A stretch of DNA of 57,752 nucleotides, filler included, from Catajapyx aquilonaris (lineage: Eukaryota): assembly GCA_000934665.2 (NCBI GenBank). It is 3 parts of 3 records of this genome, joined end to end, with 100 filler letters (N's around TTAATTAATTAA, not from the genome) between each part and the next. Parts side by side here need not be neighbours in the genome. Positions count along the whole stretch, not along the records: positions 38,562 to 57,752 come from JYFJ02006522.1; 2 more parts are not named here. One strand, 5' to 3'. The position numbers were made by a program, and so were the translations under genes. This document shows, piece by piece, positions 38,562-48,439 of the stretch (positions within the stretch are counted from its first letter, which is position 1; every line of letters starts with the position of its first letter). Below the pieces are notes generated by a model. The model was not told where the DNA came from and ran no database searches. It was given only the letters and a program-made list of their open reading frames with translations.

Positions 38562-39376
38562 GGTCCGTCTCGGCCCGGGGCCTGCCCCACCTTCCCCATA
38601 GCATGTATATTCGCCGATATTCGCCTCCGGGGCGGAGAGGGGCAAGGAGAGGGTGCAAGGGCGAACATACGGAGAGGAAAAACGACGATACCTGACGATA
38701 CTATGCTATGCCTCCCCGCCCACTAGCGCCGCATTGCGGCCGAACTTTCGGTGAGCCAGCCCCATTAAAAATTATGCACTACAAGTAAGCAATTTGCACT
38801 CCAAATGAAATTCTGGAGTGCAAAGTCTGCACCTGGACAAAAATGTTATGATTCAACCCCTGCCATTGTCCAGTGGTTTTCTGCTAAGACATAATTATGA
38901 TAGTTCTCTGTGAATTTACAGCACACATTTATGCCACATATTTGTACCATTGCATTTTTTATAACATGCCATATGGAATTGTCATATTGTGAATAAATAA
39001 GTATTTCAGATCATACTGTAATGTTTCACAACAACATTTTCCCATGTGATTTTTTATTTATTTGTTTATATAGTGTCACCCAGCGATGGCTATATGATTT
39101 ACGTACGCGTTATATAAAATCACACTTGCACAAGCTTATGCGACTCAATCTCGCCAGTTATGTAATAGACTTTTTAGAACACCTGACACTTAGTCACTCG
39201 GATATTGGGAAATTGTTTACGATCAAATCAATGACTAAGGATGATATTTGCTGATGGTGCATCTATGCAGTTGCGAAAGAGGCACTGCGCCATTCTTTCA
39301 CAACTACACCTATTGCACCATATGTTGCAAGGTTTAGCTATAATTCTACGCATCTAAGAGCAATTTTGCCACCATA

Positions 39377-40270
39377 ACCTCCGGAGACCTGAGAAGAATT
39401 GAGTAATGCAATGTCAGTTCCTATTGCATTTTCTGAACATTTTCCCAATAAGAAACGAGAAAAAATTTTTAGTTTTAAAATATCAACAAAAATGGTGACA
39501 AACAACCAATGAGAACATTAGGACCCAATTGGTGCTACAAAAGCAGAACGGATGAAAGCTGAAAATTGAAGTGCCACTTAATGATCACTAACATAGTCCT
39601 CTATCCTCAAAACAATGTTTTTTCAATTCATTTGTGGTATTCATGGTAGCAATTCCTCTCAGAAGACAACTAAAGATAAATGAAATTATTTTTGAACGCC
39701 ACCACTCCAGGCATGGGGCTTGCTCCTTCCCTTCTTACCCGCTAGAGTGGTACCTTGCTATTCTAGATTTTAAAACTGAACTGCATAGTGCAAAGCACAC
39801 TTCCTTATGGGTGTGCAGGTACAGGCACTTAAAGACAAGTCACATCCCATTCAGCTAAAAATGCCATTATTCGGATGTCCATTTAAATGGGCATTTGGTC
39901 TCAGGAAGAAAAAAAAATGACCGTACCAGTTCTCTACAGCAACAAAGATTGTCCCAGACACATCTTTTCGTATTTCCTAATACCCATTTCTTGAGAATCC
40001 CAGGACATTCGCTGCATTGATGAAAATCGCACTCTAACTATGAGTAAAAAAATAAAACTTATCAGATGAGCGCCTAGCTTCGTCAGCGGAATCCGCCATT
40101 TTCATAAGTGATTCAATTTTCGCGGCCAAAGTCAGATATTCCACACTAGGTGGCTACACCTATTGAGGCCAGATTGTAATCATAGGAAACCAACAGATTA
40201 CAGTTCTGTTGGCATCACTAGTTGGCACCAAACATTTTATTTGCTGATGTCGGCATATGTCTCAGGAGGA
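39377..40270. mobile_element. piggyBac-like non-autonomous element (TATA target), copy A
   Basis: Termini cctccggagac / gtctcaggagga-tata; reverse-complement match along its whole length to 45626-47019. Confidence 0.8.
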
Positions 40271-41539
40271 TATAAGACTCGCAGTTTCATCTCTCTCGCT
40301 CTCTCCTGGACCATGTCATGACGACTACACACCCTTGGTAAGCTTACCATTTTGTTACTTTTCTGATACGTACGAACATTTTTATGTTCTTTTTCTTTTG
40401 GCATATTTGCTAAACCTTGTATTAAATTAGGATAAACTGGAAATGCTAAATAAATGTGTTATTATTGTTATACTAGTGTATTTCTTTCACTTTGGGTCTG
40501 ATTATCGGAAAACTTGAATGTCAACTAGAAACCTGGGCTAATCACATTTGGGTTGATGACAATAGTTCATTGCTTTGTAATGTTGTGGGTGATTTGCACG
40601 AGTGATAAGCAGATGTAAGTTGCTTTGGTTACATAAGGGTGAATGATAAATGTGATGTGATTGAGTTTATTGGTTGTGATATTTCGTCGTTAATCTGGAA
40701 AAAAGACTAATTCGACATTTTCATAATTTTACCGAAGAGCCAAAAGAAACATGTAAACTGCTATACAAAAAAGAGGATACCATGTCAAACCTTGCAAAAT
40801 GGGGAGAGTGAACAAAATGTATGGCCCATGCTCATGTGGCACGTATTACGCATGTACTATGCATGGATCAATTATATTGTTGTTCGAATTCGTCCTTTTG
40901 TCAGCTTTTGCTTGAACCAAGTGATTGTTGCAAAAAGGGCGCATATGAATTGTTCACAATATTGAGATATTTTTTCGGGGGTATCACATTGCATGATAAT
41001 GACAAGTTTTGTAAGGATTCATAAATGAGACGCTGCATAAAATGTTACGTAAGTATGAACATAATATTATACAATAAGTGAAGACAACAAAGTTACATTT
41101 TCCGGATAAAAATATTTTCGGGTAGGCCTACTGTTAATGCGAGAGGCAGTGGGAAATAAGTAGAGCTCTGAGGGGAATAATTCGCACTTTAAAAATGTAG
41201 TCTCGGAAATAACATTATTTGCTACTTTGCATTGAAGAGAGATAATATTTCTGTGGTATTTGCACTTTTTGTCAGATTCAGAACCTTCATGATCCTGTAT
41301 ATGGCGTTTTGATTTCGGGCTCTAACTCCGCCCTCATTTGTCCCATGAGTTCATCGTTTTGCCCAAGTGCGCCGCAACACTTCATGGTGCTGGCAGAGGA
41401 CATAATTAGATTTGAGCAAAAATGTCAAATTTACCGTTATGTCAGATTAACGACGATTTATCACCACGTAATTATACTCATATTAAAAATAATCAGGGAA
41501 GTGCTTGATTTCACACTGCATAGAGCCAATGGTACTCAC

Positions 41540-41929
41540 TGTAATATCAAGATGTAGTCTAAGCTTCCTCTGTGCTACAGTTTTCTGAATACGTTTGCTG
41601 TATGATGCATTTCCAGCAGGTCGGCAACACCTCTCCCCATCATCAACCAAGCAACATGTCTGGTGTTCCGATGACTGGTGCTGAGTCCCACTGACCACCG
41701 GACCACTTATTAGTGGGCCAAATAAGGGCTGGAGCTGGGCAGTGGTTGAAGGAACCACAGGTTGCAAGGGTCCACCTAGGGGAAGGTTGGTTGTGTTGGT
41801 GGGGAGCAAAAGGAGAGGATTGCAAGTTGCAGTGGTGGTAGTGGCCAATATAGAATCTGAAGTGGGGGCTGGCGCTGGTGCTGGGGGTGGGGGTGATTCA
41901 GACTCCATCATTGGGAGGCCACCATTCAT
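41540..41929 (-). CDS. SAP30: Histone deacetylase complex subunit SAP30/SAP30L, first coding exon (downstream exons not visible)
   Basis: MNG start; [37 protein letters not shown] is the N-terminal half of the SAP30 zinc finger. Phase-0 donor gtgagt at 41539; acceptor tctctgttgcag places the exon start at 42026. Confidence 0.93.
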
Positions 41930-41997
41930 GCCTGCATTTGAATGGTTGGCTCCTGTTGAGTTGAGATAAGGGCAATTACTACTGGATGAATATCCAT
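41926..41997 (-). promoter_or_regulatory. Upstream ORF (23 aa) in the SAP30 5'UTR whose stop overlaps the main ATG
   Basis: ATG at 41997 reads [23 protein letters not shown], ending in gcATGAat. Confidence 0.55.
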
Positions 41998-42213
41998 GTC
42001 AGAATATATTTTACTTTTATGCACACCTGCAACAGAGAAAATATGTGTATGTTCATAAGTGTGATTCACATGACAGAGGCTCTTGAAAACATACATTGCA
42101 AAAACGTGTCAAAAAATGTCACTTTTCAGGAGGCAAAAAACATTCCCTGCTCTTCAAAATAGGATTTTCACTGATAAAAACATATAATGACAAAGTTCCA
42201 GTATCTGCAAGCA

Positions 42214-42437
42214 GGTTACCAAAGCAGGTTGGCATGGTGGATAAGGCGTCCAACTGCTAATCGGGAGGTCCTGGGTTCGAATCCCAGGGCCGGCAACCCT
42301 GACTGTGGTTTTCCACGGTCTTTCTAGGATAATTCCGGGGTTGCTTCCATATAATAGGCCACAGCTGCTTCCTTCCTTCCCTATCCTTGGAGGTTGAAAA
42401 GCAATGCTGGGCCAACCTCCCTAATATCAATTATAAA
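42214..42437 (+). mobile_element. tRNA-derived SINE family 3
   Basis: A box tggcatggtgg, B box ggttcgaatcc; second copy at 54775-55010 (-). The 15-bp TSD agtatctgcaagcag is restored when 42442-48329 is removed. Confidence 0.85.
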
Positions 42438-43348
42438 GTATTAGTGTAGGGGCATGTGTTATACGGTGGGCATCGAATGTTAATTCTTGTCACCATGGCT
42501 ATTTTGTAAGAGAAGGTTATTCTGATCCTAAAAAATGATGGTGTCAATTTTTCCGAGCGTTGCTTTCGCCGTCATATTGAAATATGGCGGCCAATAGGCG
42601 TCTCAGCTAAAAATAACCTTCACACCTCATTGAAGGCCCGGACAATTTTTTGTGTTCAGGTCACTTTTATCCGCGATACATCGGAGATTATTTTAAAACG
42701 ATTCATGGTCACATGGGGGTCAAAGGTCATCCTCTGAAACCGGTTTTATGAAATTATATTGTGCATCAGCCGTATATTCATGGAGGTGGCGTGTAATATA
42801 CAAGGTTTACAGAAATATGCTTCAAATTAAAGTTATGCACAACGGTACTACCCCCATAATGATATTTAAACCATCTGTCTAGGTACAATATCAACAGAGA
42901 TATGTGCGTTTGTGTATTACCTATCAGGCGTGTTGGTTCATTGTGAAGAAAGTGTTTTCTATATACTACCCGTGTAGGGGCATGTGTTATACGGTGGGCA
43001 TGGAATGTTAATTCTTGCCACCATGGATATTTGTTAAGAGAAGGTTATTCTGATCGAAAAAACGATGGTGCCATTTTTTTCCCGACATCCGAAAGATATT
43101 TGTCGACGCCATTTGTGAACAATTTGCAATTTTTCCAATAATTTCTTTTCGTAAAAAGGCCTAGATTATGATTATCATGTGGTGAAGTACACTTTTTGGT
43201 AATTTATCATTGTTGCAACGTGATCGAAGCAAGGTGGCCTTGGCCCTGAAACATAAGCCCCTACACATAACTAGTTTTAATATACAAACAAACAAACAAA
43301 CTAACTAACCATCACGACTTTTCCCAATGGTGTGGTCAGCGATGTGCA

Positions 43349-44400
43349 CTAGATTTGCATTTCCATATCGCCGTCCATCTCTGCTTCGTCATCGGTGCTG
43401 TCATACACGTCATTCTGTCCAAGTTTGTTGTTCGGATTTGCACAGCTGTCGATATCAGTATCACATGCACATAACTCCGTACATGCCAAGGAATGTTTCT
43501 TACAAGAACAAGCTTCAGTGGAGCATCGGCTTGTTCCACATCCACATTTGACCAGCTCGACAACGGTAGTTGGGGCTGGTGGAAGATCAGAGACTTTTGG
43601 CACATACTCATTGTTTTCTTCGTTCCATCCATAGTTGGTGGGCGATGGCAAATTAGGATTTGGTGTGTCTGCAAGGAGCCAGATCATTGCCTGGTAGTGG
43701 GCTCTCAGAATGTGTTCTTTGAGTGCTGCTTTTGTAAGGGGGAGTTTCTCCGCCTCTGCCTGGTGCTTTTTAAACAAATACCACCGCAGTTGTCCCAACT
43801 CTTTGATGTTGACACTTGGTGCAAACAATAAGCACACAAACTCCTCTAGACCTTGAATAACTTCAATGGAGGGGTAGAGTGTCTGTCCCAATTGCGCGAA
43901 TGCTCCCTGAACGTTGTGGTTTGCCTTTTGGAACAAATTCCAGCAAGTTTGTTTGTCTTTACCAGCTATCCGTCCTGTGGTATCTGAGGCTGTGAAAGCA
44001 TGGAATCCTATCAGACCAGCTACCACATTCTTATCTAGTGCTTGATGAATCGGCTGCAGTTTCACAAGACGTCTTTTGCCGCCTGTTCCCACTATCATGG
44101 ATACGTTGTTGCCCATGAGATGTAGCTTTTGTAAAGCTTACACAAACACGTCTGTGTCAGGTGACATGATGTGGATGCTGGATGCGAGTCTAGAGGCACT
44201 AACCGCCAGAAGGATTAGAAGCGTATCTGCCTTGGTTGCTGTTGAGATGAGCAGCGATCATCCCGTTGGAGGCAGCACCCTCTTTAGTAGCCACAATGAC
44301 TGATTTGGTGCTGTCCTTGCAGAAGTGAAGGACCTTTTTCGCCAGGTAAGTTGCCAGTTGGTCTTTGTTGTCAGAGTTACTCAAGAAGCCATTTGATCCG
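43349..44400 (-). pseudogene. Academ XPG/PIN-like nuclease + Cys-rich finger, C-terminal fragment
   Basis: ADTLLIL, SPDTDVFV*, GFHAFTASDTT, EKLPLT..AL..HI.RAHYQA.IW, P.P..YGW and KCGC...RC....CSC....L.CT.LC.C motifs; frameshift near 44230 and stop near 44138; transposase N-terminus absent. Confidence 0.8.
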
Positions 44401-44549
44401 TTACTTGTTTGTTAGGAAGAAACACAAAACACGAGAAGAAATCATCAGAAAAATTGCAAATTGTTCACAAATGGCGTTGACAAATATCTTTCGGGTGTCG
44501 GGAAAAAAATGGCACCATGGTTTTTTCGATCAAAATAACCTTCTCTTAA

Positions 44550-45170
44550 CACTTAACTACCGACGTGAACCTGCCATACATTGGCTACGATGTGGGGTAT
44601 TTTTCTACCCCACGCGGTTTTCATTTTTTAACAAAATTGCCTTAATAGCACTAAAGCCATTCTTCAGCGCTAAATTCGGCCTGTATTCTCATCTGTATGT
44701 GTAAAAAAAATCGATCTCCTGTGACCATTAGTTGAGTCATAAGGGACTTGAAACTCCGTTATCGCACCTTCGTAGCCTGGCCAGCTCGGCGTAAGTAATG
44801 ACTTATAACGTAAACATTTCCAGCTGCAGGGTCTGCAAGATTTTAGTTCTGAGCAATATTTATTGCTGAATAACAACACTCACACTTTATAAAATACAAT
44901 TTTGCTGTGATGCGCTCTCTAAAAAATTGTGTACATTGGCTACGACGTGGGGTATATTTCTACCCCACAGGGACGCTTAGCAGCAGAAAAGTACCGGTAA
45001 CTCCGAATTTTTTTTTTCTACTAATGTCAAAATTTTTCTTTGGATCGAAGAAAGTATGTCTGAGGAATATAGGCCTGCCATTTTTCATTTCATACAAAAT
45101 TTATTAATCGCGATGGTATTATCTACATTGTGGGGTAGAAAAATACCCCACGTTGGTAGTTAGTTAAGCT
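44550..45170. mobile_element. piggyBac-like MITE inserted at TTAA in the Academ right arm
   Basis: ttaa-cacttaactaccgacgtg / cacgttggtagtta; the left arm shows the empty site (ctcttaacaaatatcc in reverse complement). Confidence 0.7.
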
Positions 45171-45188
45171 CAAATATCCATGGTGGCA

Positions 45189-45558
45189 GGGGAGGTGTGG
45201 TGGCCGTGATGGTAACGTCTCGGCTTGCTGAGTGAAAGGCCCCAGGTTCGATCCCCGCCTGGGGAACTTTCCTTTCACCTGCGTCAGGTGGGTCTCTGAC
45301 CTGCACCAAGGAGGTGTCTGGCAACCTAACCTCCTGGGGAACAGCACATGACCCATTAGCTACGACATTGCACCTTGCACCCATGTTCCCTCCCCAAAAA
45401 TCCCTATCCTTTCCCATTGTCCTTGTTTCCTTGCACCGGTGAATGAAGTGGAAAATATATATAGAAAAACTGATGGTGGTATGCCACCCCCCGAAGCAGG
45501 ACGTAATGTACTGAGCAAGGGGTAGTGAAATAAAATAAAATAAAATAAAATAAAAAAA
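45189..45558 (+). mobile_element. tRNA-derived SINE family 1, full length
   Basis: A and B boxes, (TAAAA)n tail, 13-bp TSD atccatggtggca. Confidence 0.92.
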
Positions 45559-45625
45559 ATCCATGGTGGCAAGAATTAACATTCCATGGCCACCGTATAA
45601 CACATGCCCCTACATGGGTAGTATA

Positions 45626-47019
45626 TCCTCCTGAGACATGGTGTCGACATCAGCAAAAGATTTTTTTGGCGCCAACCAGTGATGCCAACAGAACTGTAAT
45701 ATGCTGGTATCCCATGGTTACAATCTGGCCTCGATAGCTGTAGCCACCTAGCGTCGAATATCTGACTTGAGCCACGAAAATCAAATCGCGGATAAAATGG
45801 CGGATTCTGCTGCTGAAGCTAGGCGCTCATCTGATCAGCTATATTTTTTTACTCATATTTAGAGTGCGATTTTCGCAATGCAGTGAATGTCCTGGGATTC
45901 GCAAGGAATGTGTCTTAGGAAATGCGCAGCGCCGGATTTACCCCCCCGGCCGCCCTTAGGCACTTAAGATACGCCCCCCCCCCACCGGCCTGACGCTTAA
46001 AAATGCAACTTTTTTAATGTGTTATCTCCTTCATTTAATGTTATTTTATTTTAAAATATCATACGGAAAATTATGGCCGCCCGGAGGGCGGCCGCTCTTC
46101 GGCAATTACCTTTTCTGCTTGTAGTGGTAAATCAAGCTCTCAAAAATGCGCTTTTCTTTGTGATCTCGCCTTAATTTCCTATTATTGTATTTGAGGAATG
46201 TTATTCATTGAAACTCGCGGCCGCCCCTACAGGGCCCAGAGGGCGGCCACCCTTCGGCAATTACCTTTTCTGCCTGTAGTGGCAAATTAAGCTCTCAAAA
46301 ATTCGAATTTCTTTGTGATCTTGCCTTAATTTCCTATTATTGTATTTGAGAAATATTATTTATTGCAACTCGCGGCCGCCCCTAGGCCAGTGCCTACTGT
46401 GCCTAATGGGAAATCCACCACTGGAAATGCGAAAAGATGTGTCTGTGACACTCTTAGTTGCTGTCGAGAACTGGTAATTTTCTTTTCTTCCTGAGACCAA
46501 ATGCCCATTTAAATGGACATCCGAAAAATGGCAATTTTAGCTGAATGGGTGTGACTTTTCATTAAGTGCCTGTACCTATACACCCATAAGGAAGTGGGCT
46601 TTGCACTAAGCAGTTCAGTTTTAAAATCTAGAATAGCATAAGGTACCACTCTAGCAGGTAAGAAGGGAAGGAGCAAGCTCCATCCCTGGAGTAGTGGCAT
46701 TAAAAAATAATTTCATTTATCTTTAATTGTCTTCTGAGAGGAATTGCTACCATGAATACCACAAATGAATTGAAAAAACATTGTTTTGAGGATAGAGGAC
46801 TATGTTAGTGATCATTAAGTGGCACTTCAATTTTCAGCTTTCATCCGTTCTGCTTTTGTAGCACCAATTGGGTCCTAATGTTCTCATTGGTTGTTTGTCA
46901 CCATTTTTGTCGATATTTTAAAACGGAAAATTTTTTCTCGTTTCTTATTGGGAAAATGTTCAGAAAATGCAATAGGAACTGACATTGCGTTAAAAAATTC
47001 TTCTCAGGTCTCAGGAGGA
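45626..47019. mobile_element. piggyBac-like non-autonomous element (TATA TSD), copy B
   Basis: tata-tcctcctgagac...gtctcaggagga-tata; empty site in the Academ left arm at ~42960. Confidence 0.85.
45927..46423. mobile_element. hAT MITE nested in copy B
   Basis: cagcgccggattt...aaatccaccactg, perfect 8-bp TSD gaaatgcg, internal ~150-bp duplication; absent from copy A. Confidence 0.88.
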
Positions 47020-47243
47020 TATAGAAAACCCTTTCTTCACAATGAACCAACACGCCTGATAGGTAATACACAAACGCGCATATCTCTGTTGATTATTGTA
47101 CCTAGACAGATGGTTTAAATATCATCATGGAGGTATTACCATTGTGCATAACTTTTATTTGAAGCATATTTCGCTAAACCTTGTATATTACACGCCACCT
47201 CCATGAATATACGGCTGATGCACAATATAATTTCATAAAACCG

Positions 47244-48042
47244 TGTGGTGGCACGCGTGGTGTATGGCCCGCCTTGCTCTTCCCCGCCGGGAGATTGGCA
47301 CATTCGTGGTGCGGTGCAATTGGCACCACTTGCCAGTGGCGGGGAGGGGGGAGGCGGGGGAGAGGGAGAGAGAGTTGAGTGTAGGCAGCCAAGTAGGGAG
47401 GACGCATGGTGGGTCGTCTCCCCTGAGGTGAGCTGCAACGAGTGCTGTATTCCTATACCTTGAGCATTAAAGCAAAGCGTAACGAGGCAGTCTGTGTTCT
47501 GATTATGTAATCGGCATAAGGGTCATTCCCACGTGCCACAAAATCTCGATCTTGAACCACGTTTCTGAGACGCACAATCAGGATCGTTTGGTGACTGTTT
47601 CCACGGGCCACGTACTTTTCGTGATTTTCGGTGGAGTGGTCTGTAACCACGCCCACCCGCCTGGAGAAAAAATGACTCTCGCTTCGGCTCCCGGACAAAG
47701 GCACGGGTGACTCTACGATAGGCCTGGCTGTAATAGCATGGAGGCATTCTATCTACGTTATTACACAAGTCCTGGCTGCCCGCAGAGCGAGGGGGCAGAC
47801 ACGTGGGCAGACGGGGCCAAGCATGTTGCCCGGACCGGAGGGGGGAGTGACGTCAGGATCGCGACTCGAAAGCTGGCAGTCAACTTCCTCAAGCTGGTTG
47901 CCACAGTCACCTTCGTAAATGCGTTCGGGTGGAGGAAGGGCATGTGGGAACACCCCAATCACGATTTTCGGGGGTAAGGATCATGATCCTTGTGGCACGT
48001 GGGAATGACCCTATAGAAGGTAACCGTTGACCTCTGAGGTCA
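47244..48042. mobile_element. Possible solo LTR with nested MITE (47519-48012)
   Basis: TG...CA ends, aaccg on both flanks, absent from the Academ left arm. Nested TIRs agggtcattcccacgtgccacaa with ata on both flanks. Confidence 0.5.
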
Positions 48043-48439
48043 TAACCGTTTTCAAAGGATGACCTTTGACCCCCATGTGACCATGAATAGTTTTAAAATA
48101 ATCTCCGATGTATCGCGGATAAAAGTGACCTGAAGACAAAAAATCGTCCAGGCCTTCAATGAGGCGTGAAGGTTTTTTTTAAAGCTGAGACGCCTATTGG
48201 CTGCCATATTTCAATATGACAGAGAAAGCAACGTTCAGAAAAATTGACACCATCATTTTTTAGGATCAGAATAACCTTCTACATTCGATGCCCACGGGCC
48301 TAGGTTTTTCAACATAAGCCCCTACACTATATCTGCAAGCAGTAGTAATGCTGAAAAAAATTCCAGACAGATTTTTGACATATGCTGTTTTTACTTAAAT
48401 GGTGGAATACTGATGGATTATCTTCCACTTTGAATTATA

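Larger units (their letters stand above)
42442..48329 (-). mobile_element. Academ-type DNA transposon (internally deleted) carrying several nested insertions
   Basis: 5'-TAGTGTAGGGG...CCCCTACACTA-3' termini, 3-bp TSD TAT, ~700-bp inverted arms (42442-43155 versus the interrupted 44425-48329), and an internal XPG-like + Cys-finger coding remnant. Confidence 0.75.

Noticed and set aside
45189..45267. tRNA genes at SINE heads (also ~11440-11516, ~36470-36547, ~42220-42295, ~54930-55005)
   Set aside because: Each continues into a repeated body and tail, mostly with TSDs, and has imperfect stems; they are SINEs.
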